Source: a virus (taxonomy: Duplodnaviria > Heunggongvirae > Uroviricota > Caudoviricetes). Taken from it: 7,380 bases of DNA. Below are positions 1 through 7,298 of this stretch, one piece after another. A program made the translations under genes and the position numbers. The notes under the pieces were generated by a model, which saw only the letters and a list, made by a program, of their open reading frames with translations, was not told the DNA's origin and made no database searches. Location of the stretch: IMG/VR virus record IMGVR_UViG_2751185969_000006. One strand, 5' to 3'. Position 1 is the first letter of the stretch; each line of letters begins with the position of its first letter.

Positions 1-140
1 CGCTGGCGATCATGGACGTTAACCAAAACGCGGTGGTCAGTGCGATGGAAAAACATCAGGTGCAATGGCTGATCCACGGACATACCCATCGCCCGGCGGA
101 CTTCCGGTACCGGCAGATGGAAAAGTATCACACCGGATGA
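1..140 (+). CDS. lpxH: 3' end of an LpxH-like (UDP-2,3-diacylglucosamine hydrolase) gene entering from upstream of the window; host-like only to about nt 99, then 13 unrelated codons and a TGA stop
   Basis: Codons starting at nt 3 translate to [32 protein letters not shown], which matches my recollection of the E. coli LpxH C-terminal region including the GHTH metallophosphoesterase motif. From nt 99 the frame reads [13 protein letters not shown] and stops at TGA 138-140, where native LpxH would continue for about 40 more residues. Identification is from memory, not a search. Confidence 0.5.
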
Positions 141-141
141 T

Positions 142-708
142 GTGCGTCCGATGCTCGAGCAGATGGTGACGGATGCCGTGAGTCATATCCCCGTTCCGCG
201 CGACGGTCGTGACTACGATCCGGAAGTTCTGCAGAAGGCGGTTCTGGATGCGGTGAGTGCCCTGCCGGCTCCACAGGACGGGCGTGATGCCACGGCACTG
301 GAAATATTCCCGGCGATTGATGAGCAAAAATCCTTTCCCCGGGGCACGTATGCCACACACCAGGGCGGACTCTGGCGGGCGTATGAAAAAACGCACGGGA
401 TGCGGGGATGGGAATGCCTGGTTGACGGGGTGGCCGATATTGACGTCAGCATGACCGGCGAACGGTCGTTCACTGTGGTGGTCCGGCAGAGCAGTGGCCA
501 GTGTACGGAAAAAACATTTTCCCTGCCGGTGATGCTCTATCGCGGTGTATTCAGAACCGGCGAAACCTACCACCCCGGCGATACGGTGACGTGGGGGGGC
601 TCGTTGTGGCACTGCAACAGCATGACCGGTGATAAACCCGGAGAAGCTCATTCATCAGGCTGGACCCTGGCTGCAAAACGAGGGCGGGATGCAGGAGGTG
701 GAAAGTGA
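142..708 (+). CDS. Phage structural-module protein of unknown function, probably a 5'-truncated remnant; start is uncertain
   Basis: Long + strand ORF directly upstream of, and 4 nt overlapping, the head-tail connector gene. Its frame is open back to nt 73 with no ATG, and neither GTG 142 nor ATG 151 has a Shine-Dalgarno sequence, so the true N-terminus is likely missing. Protein-like composition with a duplicated P-x-P-x-DGRD motif. Family not recognised. Confidence 0.45.
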   Translation: MRPMLEQMVTDAVSHIPVPRDGRDYDPEVLQKAVLDAVSALPAPQDGRDATALEIFPAIDEQKSFPRGTYATHQGGLWRAYEKTHGMRGWECLVDGVADIDVSMTGERSFTVVVRQSSGQCTEKTFSLPVMLYRGVFRTGETYHPGDTVTWGGSLWHCNSMTGDKPGEAHSSGWTLAAKRGRDAGGGK

Positions 709-1031
709 CAGCATTACTGACACTGGAAGAAATCAAGGCTCATCTGCGTGTTGACCATGACGCGGATGATGACATGCTGATGGACAAGGTTCGTCAGGCT
801 ACAGCTGTGCTGCTGGCCTACATTCAGGGCAGCCGGGATAAGGTAATCCGTGAGGACGGTGAACTGATCCCGGGCGAGGCATTAACCCGGATGAAGGGGG
901 CTGCCATGCGCCTGACCGGGATGTTGTACCGGAATCCGGATCTTGCTGAGCGGGAAGACCTCGTGCAGGGGGAACTGCCGTTTTCTGTGTCCGTGCTGAT
1001 TTACGATTTGCGTTGTCCGACGGTGTTATGA
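705..1031 (+). CDS. Head-tail connector protein (gp6-like / Phage_connect_1 type, 108 aa)
   Basis: GTG start at 705 preceded by AGGAGG (693-698) at 6 nt spacing, overlapping the upstream stop (GTGA). Size, acidic N-terminal region and position immediately before the head-closure gene fit HK97 gp6 / SPP1 gp15-type connectors. Stop TGA 1029-1031. Confidence 0.75.
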   Translation: MTALLTLEEIKAHLRVDHDADDDMLMDKVRQATAVLLAYIQGSRDKVIREDGELIPGEALTRMKGAAMRLTGMLYRNPDLAEREDLVQGELPFSVSVLIYDLRCPTVL

Positions 1032-1042
1032 GGAGGGGGGGG

Positions 1043-1393
1043 ATGGCAATATCTGCAGGTCGTCTGACACAGATGATAAGTGTTCTGAACCCGGTGTTAA
1101 CCCGTAATGCTGCCGGAGAAATGACGGAAGAGTGGGTGTCATGCGGGAAAATTCATGCGGATATCCGGGGCAGGAGCAGCCGGGAGCGGATGCAGTCCGG
1201 TGCGGAAATGGCGCAGGCGGAAATCCGCATCTGGGTGCGCGGTCCGTCAGGACGGAAAATCACGGCGGCGTCACGACTGCATGTGCTGAGCGGCCCGTGG
1301 CGTGACCGAATTCTGAATGTTGTCGGGGGGCCGGTGCCGGATGCGACCGGCGGGCGTCTGGAAATTCTCTGTCGGCTGGGAGGGGAAAAATGA
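1043..1393 (+). CDS. Head closure / head-tail joining protein (Phage_H_T_join type, 116 aa)
   Basis: ATG 1043 preceded by AGGAGG (1031-1036) at 6 nt spacing. The upstream in-frame TTG 1013 and ATG 1028 lack an RBS. Size and gene order match SPP1 gp16 / HK97-type head closure proteins. Stop overlaps the next start (ATGA). Confidence 0.7.
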   Translation: MAISAGRLTQMISVLNPVLTRNAAGEMTEEWVSCGKIHADIRGRSSRERMQSGAEMAQAEIRIWVRGPSGRKITAASRLHVLSGPWRDRILNVVGGPVPDATGGRLEILCRLGGEK

Positions 1394-1836
1394 TCGAAAC
1401 CCTGCTGGATTTTTCGGGGCTTGAGGATATCAGTCGCGATTTGCAGCTTCTGAGTGGTGCGGAAAACAACCGGGTGTTGCGTGAGGCAACCCGTGCGGGG
1501 GCGAATGTACTGAAGAACGAAGTGGTGTCACGGGCACCGGTGCGCAGGGGAAAACTGCGCCGCAATGTGGTGGTTCTTTCCCGGCGTTCCCGCGATGGCG
1601 GGATGGAATCCGGTGTGCATATCCGTGGTGTTAATCCGGACACCGGCAACAGTGATAACACCATGAAGGCGGATAATCCCCGCAATGCCTTCTACTGGCG
1701 GTTTGTGGAAATGGGTACCGTGAATATGCCACCACACCCGTTTGTGCGCCCGGCGTTTGATGTGCGCAGTGAACAGGCAGCCCGGGTGGCGATTGCGCGG
1801 ATGAACCGGGCAATTGATGAGGTACTGAGACGATGA
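1390..1836 (+). CDS. Tail completion protein, HK97 gp10 family (148 aa)
   Basis: ATG 1390 overlaps the upstream stop, with a GGGAGGGG SD-like run just upstream. Basic protein with the conserved C-terminal segment typical of HK97 gp10-like tail components (NMPPHPFVRPAFD). Position between head closure and tail terminator. Confidence 0.75.
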   Translation: MIETLLDFSGLEDISRDLQLLSGAENNRVLREATRAGANVLKNEVVSRAPVRRGKLRRNVVVLSRRSRDGGMESGVHIRGVNPDTGNSDNTMKADNPRNAFYWRFVEMGTVNMPPHPFVRPAFDVRSEQAARVAIARMNRAIDEVLRR

Positions 1837-2177
1837 CGGAGACGGATTTGTACCCACATCTGGCGCATCTTGCGGGAGGGCAGGCGTATCCGTATGTGGT
1901 TCCCCTGCAGGATGGCAGACCCTCTGTATCGTTACCGTGGGTGGTTTTCAGCCTGATTTCATCGGTGTCTGCGGACGTGATGGGCGGACAGGCAGAGTCA
2001 TCGGTGTCGGTGCAGATTGACGTTTATGCGGTGACGGTCACACAGGCGCGTCAGATACGTCAGCAGGCCCGTGAGTCCATCATGTCGCTGGCCCCGGAAT
2101 CGGTCAGTGAAATGCAGGACTATATTCCGGAAAACCGCTGTTACCGTGCAACCCTGGAGTTTCAGGTCACGGTGTGA
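1833..2177 (+). CDS. Tail terminator-like protein (DUF3168 / gpU-analogue position, 114 aa)
   Basis: ATG 1833 overlaps the upstream stop (ATGA). It is the last small gene before the major tail protein gene, which is the canonical tail-terminator position in siphovirus operons. Family assignment is by order and size plus weak sequence recollection. Confidence 0.6.
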   Translation: MTETDLYPHLAHLAGGQAYPYVVPLQDGRPSVSLPWVVFSLISSVSADVMGGQAESSVSVQIDVYAVTVTQARQIRQQARESIMSLAPESVSEMQDYIPENRCYRATLEFQVTV

Positions 2178-2206
2178 CTTTTTCTTTTTTTCTACAAAAC
2201 CCATAC

Positions 2207-2227
2207 CCCGCCGCGTGCGGGTTTTTT
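2207..2227 (+). terminator. Intrinsic-terminator-like hairpin plus T-tract between the tail terminator and major tail genes
   Basis: CCCGC (2207-2211) pairs perfectly with GCGGG (2217-2221) around the loop CGCGT, followed by TTTTTT (2222-2227). An A-rich run lies just upstream (2194-2200). It sits 30 nt after the stop at 2177 and before the SD of the major tail gene. Confidence 0.45.
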
Positions 2228-2243
2228 ATTATCAGGAGGCAGA

Positions 2244-2957
2244 ATGTCTGCTTTGTATGAACGCTCACAGCTGACGCAGGTGATGATTTCATCTGCCCCG
2301 GCGACTGCTGAAACTATGGATAAGGCGGAATATCTGCGCCTGGACTGCACCATCAAGGAAGTCCAGTTCACCGCCGGTCAGAAACAGGATATTGATGTGA
2401 CCACGCTCTGCTCCACAGAGCAGGAGAACATCAACGGTCTGGGGGCGTCGTCTGAGATTTCCATGTCGGGTAATTTTTATCTGAATCAGGCCCAGAACGC
2501 CCTGCGTGATGCCTATGACAATGACTCGTTGTATGCGTTTAAGGTGCAGTTTCCGTCCGGTAAGGGCTTTAAGTTCCTGGCGGAAGTGCGTCAGCACACC
2601 TGGTCATCCGGTACCAACGGCGTGGTGGCAGCAACGTTTTCACTGCGTCTGAAAGGCAAACCGGTGTCCTATGTGGTACCGCTGGCGTTTGTTAAAAAGC
2701 CGGAGGCGAAGCTTACCGTGAATACCGGTGCGCTGCTGACAATGTCAGTCAGTGTCAACGGGGGAACGCCGCCTTATAAATACGCCTGGAAGAAGGATGG
2801 TCAGCCGGTCGAGGGACAGACTACTGACACTTTCAGTAAAGCCAATACGCAGTCAGGTGATAAGGGGGCTTATACCTGCATGGTAACGGATTCTGCAGAA
2901 CAGCCGCAGAGAATTACCTCTGACGCGTGCACGGTAACGGTAAATGGCGCAGGTTGA
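2244..2957 (+). CDS. Major tail protein, lambda gpV-like, with C-terminal Ig-like domain (237 aa)
   Basis: ATG 2244 preceded by AGGAGG (2234-2239). The N-terminal part contains YAFKVQFPSGKGFKF, resembling the lambda gpV YKIRFPNG region. The C-terminal ~85 aa (YKYAWKKDGQPV...GAYTCMVTD...CTVTV) has an Ig-like strand pattern. Lies directly upstream of the G/GT chaperone genes. Confidence 0.85.
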   Translation: MSALYERSQLTQVMISSAPATAETMDKAEYLRLDCTIKEVQFTAGQKQDIDVTTLCSTEQENINGLGASSEISMSGNFYLNQAQNALRDAYDNDSLYAFKVQFPSGKGFKFLAEVRQHTWSSGTNGVVAATFSLRLKGKPVSYVVPLAFVKKPEAKLTVNTGALLTMSVSVNGGTPPYKYAWKKDGQPVEGQTTDTFSKANTQSGDKGAYTCMVTDSAEQPQRITSDACTVTVNGAG

Positions 2958-2970
2958 TAAGGATAATCCG

Positions 2971-3345
2971 ATGGCAAAAGATCTGAAAACACTGGCGCTG
3001 GCCAGACTGTCCGGATTTCGTCATAAAACGGTGAAGGTGCCGGAATGGGGGAATGTCAGCGTGGTGCTGCGCGAGCCTTCGGCAGAGGCCTGGTATCTTT
3101 GGCGGGAAGTTCTTAATGGCGATGATGCGGGTGACGATACCCTGTCGGTGGTGGCAAAAACCCGCCGTAACCTGGAGGCGGATGTGACGTTGTTCTGTGA
3201 TGTTCTGTGTGATAAGGACATGAAACGTGTGTTCACCGCAGATGATCGCGAGCAGGTGCTGGCTGTCTATGGTCCGGTGCATGCCCGGTTGCTGCGTCAG
3301 GCACTGGAACTGATCACCGATGCTGAGTCGGCAAGAAAAAAGTAG
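2971..3345 (+). CDS. Tail assembly chaperone (lambda gpG analogue, 124 aa)
   Basis: ATG 2971 preceded by AAGGA (2959-2963) at 7 nt spacing. The alternative ATG 2944 overlaps the major tail gene and lacks an SD. The ORF ends in the slippery heptamer A AAA AAG immediately followed by TAG (3343-3345), the hallmark of G-type chaperone genes. Confidence 0.75.
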   Translation: MAKDLKTLALARLSGFRHKTVKVPEWGNVSVVLREPSAEAWYLWREVLNGDDAGDDTLSVVAKTRRNLEADVTLFCDVLCDKDMKRVFTADDREQVLAVYGPVHARLLRQALELITDAESARKK

Positions 3346-3650
3346 CCCGCCCGGAAATTCGCTTTCTGATGCGACTTGCGCTCCGTCTGGGGCGCACCTT
3401 ATCCGAACTGCGCCACAGTCTGAGTGCGAGCGAGGCGATGATGTGGATGGAGTTCGACAGGGTGTCCCCGCTGGGCGATGAGCGCGGGGATATCCGTAAT
3501 GCGCAGATCGTGAAAGCGGTTTTCGGGGCGCAGGGGATGAATGTTTCACTGAAGGACGCCATGCTCTGCTGGGGCGAGGATGAGGACAAGCCGGAAGCGG
3601 ATCCTTTTGCGGGACTGGAAGACGCGCTGAGCCTTGCTGCACAGTCATAA
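2971..3650 (+). CDS. Tail assembly chaperone frameshift fusion (gpGT analogue), produced by a -1 shift at 3336-3342 (~226 aa)
   Basis: After a -1 slip on A AAA AAG, reading continues from 3342 in frame 3 with no stop (VARPEIRFLMRLALRL...) to TAA 3648-3650. The downstream ORF has no independent RBS or plausible start context. This is the conserved G/GT arrangement of long-tailed phages. Confidence 0.65.
3336..3342 (+). promoter_or_regulatory. Programmed -1 ribosomal frameshift slippery heptamer A AAA AAG
   Basis: In the zero frame the sequence reads aga AAA AAG tag. The heptamer is identical to the classic dnaX-type slippery site and sits at the penultimate codons of the G-like ORF, directly before its stop. 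Confidence 0.7.
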
Positions 3651-3658
3651 ATGATGAG

Positions 3659-3680
3659 AACCGCTGAGGCGGTTTTTTTT
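3659..3680 (+). terminator. Intrinsic-terminator-like hairpin plus T8 tract between the GT and tape measure genes
   Basis: AACCGC (3659-3664) pairs with GCGGTT (3669-3674) around the tetraloop TGAG, with a run of eight T at 3673-3680. It sits 9 nt after the GT stop and about 18 nt before the tape measure start codon. Confidence 0.5.
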
Positions 3681-3697
3681 CGTCCGGAGAAAGGTGA

Positions 3698-6600
3698 ATG
3701 GCGACGTTACGTGAACTGATTATCAAAATTTCGGCAAATTCGCAGTCATTCCAGTCGGAGATCCAGCGGGCTTCCCGCATGGGCAGTGAATATTACCGGA
3801 CCCTGTAGAATGGCGGGCGTCAGGCTGCCGCAGTCGCCCGGGAGCAGCGACGCGCCCTGGCTGAGCTGAACAGCCAGTTGACGGAAATTCGCGGTTCTGC
3901 TGTCGGAGTGGCTGGCGCATTTGCCGGTGCCTTTGCCACCGGACACCTGATTTCACTGGCGGATGAGTGGAGTTCCGTAAATGCCCGTCTAAAACAGGCG
4001 TCGCAGTCATCCGATGAATTTTCGTCATCACAGAAAGTGCTGATGGATATCAGTCAGCGGACAGGTACCGCGTTTTCGGATAATGCGGCCCTGTTTGCCC
4101 GTTCGGCTGCCTCGATGCGTGAATATGGTTACAGTGCTGATGATGTGCTGAAGGTGACGGAGGCCATTTCGACAGGACTGAAACTGTCAGGGGCTGGAGT
4201 TGCGGAATCCGGTTCGGTGATCACCCAGTTCAGCCAGGCACTGGCACAGGGTGTACTGCGTGGCGAAGAATTTAATGCTGTTAACGAAAATGGCGACCGG
4301 GTGATCCGCGCGCTTGCTGCGGGGATGGGGGTGGCCCGTAAAGATCTGAAGGCAATGGCGGATGACGGAAAACTGACAGCGGATAAAGTGGTCCCCGCGT
4401 TAATCAGCCAGCTGGGGATATTACGTGATGAATATGCGGCCATGCCGGAAACGGTTTCCGGTAGTATCACAAAGGTGGAAAACGCCTTTATGGCCTGGGT
4501 GGGCGGTGTGAATGAGGCCAGCGGCTCGACGAAAACGCTCTCCGGCGTGCTGAATGGTGTGGCCGGACATATTGATAATGTGGCCGCGGCGGCGGGCGTG
4601 CTGGTTGCTGTCGGGGTGGCCCGGTACTTTGGCAATATGGCCGCAGGCGTGGGAAAGGCCACCACAGAGCTGATCGCGGCGAAGTCCGGGACGGTTGCCC
4701 TGGCAGCCGCACAGGCAGATGCGTCTGTTCAGGTGCAGCGTAAGGCGGCAGCTGACGCGCTGGCGGCAGAACGTGCCTGGCAACTGGCACAGGCTGAACT
4801 TGCACTGGCCAGAAACACCAGTGCGGAGGCGCTGGCCACACAGAATGCCGTCGCAAAACGCCGGGCCATGATTGTGGCCAATGCCGCACTGGTACAGTCG
4901 AATCAGGCGGTGGCGGCCTCGAGGAAGGCGCTGGAGAATGCCACGTCGGTTACGGGAATGCTGAAAAGTGGCGCGGCATCCCTGCTTTCGCTTGTCGGCG
5001 GGATACCCGGTTTACTGATGCTGGGAGCCGGTGCCTGGTACACGGTGTACCAGAATCAGGAACAGGCCAGGGAGTCCGCCCGTCAGTATGCATCGACGAT
5101 TGATGAAATCCGGGCAAAGGTACCGGGAATGACCCTTCCGGAACTGGCTGATAATGAGGGTAAAACCCGCGAGGCACTGGAAGAGCAGAATCGTCTGATT
5201 GCTGAGCAGGAAAGTAAAGTCCGGGGACTGAAAACACAGATTGCTGACTATCAGCGCTGGCTGCAGGAAAATCCACAGGGTGGTTCAGGTGCGGAGATTA
5301 TAACCCACGGCCTTGCGGAGGCAACCGGCAGGCTGGCGGTCGAGCAGTCACGCCTGACACAGATACAGGAAAAGGCGAAGTCTGTACAGGAAACGCTGGC
5401 GTCACTGGAATACAACCGTGTGGCGAGGATACGTGAGGAGGCGGCAGAGCAGAACAGGGCATACCAGGCATTACTGCAGACGAATGTTCAGCATACGGAA
5501 TTCAACCGTCTGCTGGGGCTGGGGAATGAACTGCTTCAGCAGCGGCAGGGACTGGTGAATGTGCCGTTACGGCTGCCACAGGCCACTCTGGATGATAAAC
5601 AGCAGAGTGCCCTGACAAAAACAGAGCGTGAGCTGGCCCTGTCCAGACTGAAAGGGGAAGAAAAAGAGCGTGTCCGACTGGGGTATGCGGCGGATGACCT
5701 CGGTTTTGTGGGTGATCCGTATCAGGAGGCGAGACAACGTTATATCAGTAATGCCCTGGAAGCCTGGCGCAATAACGAGGCGAATAAAACCAAATCCCGG
5801 GGTGGAAAATCAGAGACGGAAAAAGCGGAAGACAGTTTTTCCCGGCTACTGAAGCAGCAGAAAGAGCAACTGGCACTGGCGGGTCAGAATACAGAGCTGG
5901 CGAAGCTGAAGTACCAGACAGCGCAGGGCGAACTGAAAACCCTGACGGAGATACAGAAGCAGGAACTGCTGCGCAATGCGGCCCTGATTGACCAGCAAAA
6001 AATCCGGGAACAGTTGCGATCCCGGGAAGAGACCCTGAAGAATGATAATGTGGCTGCGCGTGCATCAAATGAAGCCGAACTGCTGGGGTACGGGCAGGGA
6101 GAACGAGCCAGGGAACGCATGCGGGAGTTGCAGCAGATCCGCGACAGCTTCCGCCAGAAGGATGCGGACCTTCAGTCTCAGTATCAGACCGGGGATATCA
6201 GTGAGGATTTTTACAGACAGGCACGGGCACAGAACGCGCAGTATCTGAGCGAACGCCTTAAGGACCAGGCAGCCTTTTATGCCGAATCGGATGCGCAGCG
6301 TGCGGACTGGCAGAAAGGCTTGCAGGAGGGGCTCAGTAACTGGGTGGACAATGCATCCGATTACGCCTCTCAGGCAGCACAGCTGGCAACGGAGGGGATT
6401 TCAGGACTGGTGAATAACATCACGGAGATGCTGAACGGAAACAAAGTGGAATGGCGCAACTGGGCCTCATCCGTACTGCAGGAAATCTCAAAAGTTCTTA
6501 TGAATGCCGCGATTGTCAACGGAATTAAGACGGCGGCAAACGGTATGTCCGGTGCGGGAGGATTTATTGGCAGCATTGGTGACTGGCTGGGCGGTGCGGT

Positions 6601-6964
6601 GGCCAATGCAAAAGGCGGCGTGTATACCTCGGCAAACCTGAGTGCGTACAGCAACAGCATTGTGGACACGCCCACGTACTTTGCGTTTGCAAAAGGGGCC
6701 GGGCTGATGGGGGAAGCCGGACCTGAAGCCATTATGCCCCTGACCCGGGCGGCGGATGGCTCGCTGGGCGTACGCGCGGTGGGCAGTATGAACGGCAGTG
6801 CCGGTCTGGTGTATTCCCCGGTCTACCACATCGCCATTCAGAATGACGGGGCTAACGGACAGATAGGGCCGGAGGCGGCAGGCAGTCTTGTGCAGCTGAT
6901 TGACCAGCGGGTGCAGGCGGTGATGCTGTCCATGCGACGTGACGGAGGAATGCTGAGTGGCTGA
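3698..6964 (+). CDS. Tail tape measure protein (lambda gpH-like C-terminus), interrupted by an in-frame amber codon at 3806-3808; the longest uninterrupted part is 3809-6964
   Basis: ATG 3698 with a GAGAAAGG SD-like sequence upstream. The N-terminus MATLRELIIKISANSQSFQSEIQRASRMGSEYYRTL is the typical start of enterobacterial prophage tape measure proteins. A TAG follows, then the same frame continues as NGGRQAAAVAREQ... for more than 1000 codons. The protein has a long Ala/Gln/Glu-rich helical middle. The C-terminus (IQNDGANGQIGPEAA...MRRDGGMLSG) resembles the lambda gpH C-terminus (INNDGTNGQIGPAA...MRDGGLFSG). Confidence 0.85.
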
Positions 6965-7298
6965 GATAAAAACGCTGCATCTGGTCCCGCGTGAAGGGAT
7001 GCAGGTGAGTGAGAAACCGTCGGTGGTGAGGGTTCGGTTTGGTGACGGTTATGAACAGCGCCGACCGACGGGACTTAATGCCAGACTGAAGACGTTTCAG
7101 GCGGTGTTCCGGGTGACGGATGAGTCAACCCGGCGCTGGCTGGATGAATTTTTATCCTGGCATGGTGGTTACCGTGCCTTTTTGTGGCGACCGCCGAAAC
7201 ATAACCGGACGGTGAGGGTGGTGTGTCGGGAGTGGAGCGTCACGGATAACGCCCGGTACAGTGATTTCAGCTGTACGATTGAGCAGGTGGTGAACTGA
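6957..7298 (+). CDS. Minor tail protein M (lambda gpM-like, 113 aa)
   Basis: GTG 6957 with GGAGG (6944-6948) upstream, overlapping the tape measure stop. VRVRFGDGYEQRRPTGLNARLKT and the C-terminal EQVVN closely parallel lambda gpM (VRKVRFGDGYSQRAPAGLNANLKT ... EFEQVVN). Confidence 0.85.
   Translation: MAEIKTLHLVPREGMQVSEKPSVVRVRFGDGYEQRRPTGLNARLKTFQAVFRVTDESTRRWLDEFLSWHGGYRAFLWRPPKHNRTVRVVCREWSVTDNARYSDFSCTIEQVVN

Noticed and set aside
37-651. 204-aa minus-strand ORF antisense to the first phage gene
   Set aside because: It lies entirely antisense to a + strand ORF that is part of the co-directional operon. Its translation is Arg/Pro/His/Gly-rich and low-complexity, and it has no RBS or partner genes. 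Most likely a GC-driven spurious ORF.
1013-1042. TTG 1013 or ATG 1028 as the start of the head-closure gene
   Set aside because: Neither has an RBS, and both would overlap the connector gene's end. ATG 1043 follows AGGAGG at 6 nt.
2194-2227. The A-tract / hairpin / T-tract as a phage attachment site or cos-like element
   Set aside because: It lies between two structural genes in mid-operon. cos would be upstream of the terminase genes and att next to integrase, and no matching repeat copy exists elsewhere in the window.
2944-2970. Upstream ATG (2944) as the start of the G-like chaperone, as in the ORF track
   Set aside because: It overlaps the last codons of the major tail gene and lacks a Shine-Dalgarno sequence, whereas ATG 2971 has AAGGA at ideal spacing. 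I kept 2971, though 2944 cannot be excluded.
2914-3780. 288-aa minus-strand ORF spanning the G/GT chaperone region
   Set aside because: It is antisense to the well-supported G and GT genes and even crosses the frameshift site and terminator hairpin. The translation is rich in Arg/Pro/Ser/Cys/His with no domain-like pattern. Spurious.
4129-5276. Several minus-strand ORFs (108-178 aa) inside the tape measure gene
   Set aside because: They are antisense to a long, conserved coding sequence and their products are Ala/Pro/Ser/Thr-rich low-complexity strings. This is typical antisense read-through of an Ala/Gln-rich gene.
5670-6248. Short + strand ORFs (60 and 68 aa) in alternative frames within the tape measure gene
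   Set aside because: They are nested out of frame in a conserved gene, without an RBS, and highly basic. No support for overprinted genes.
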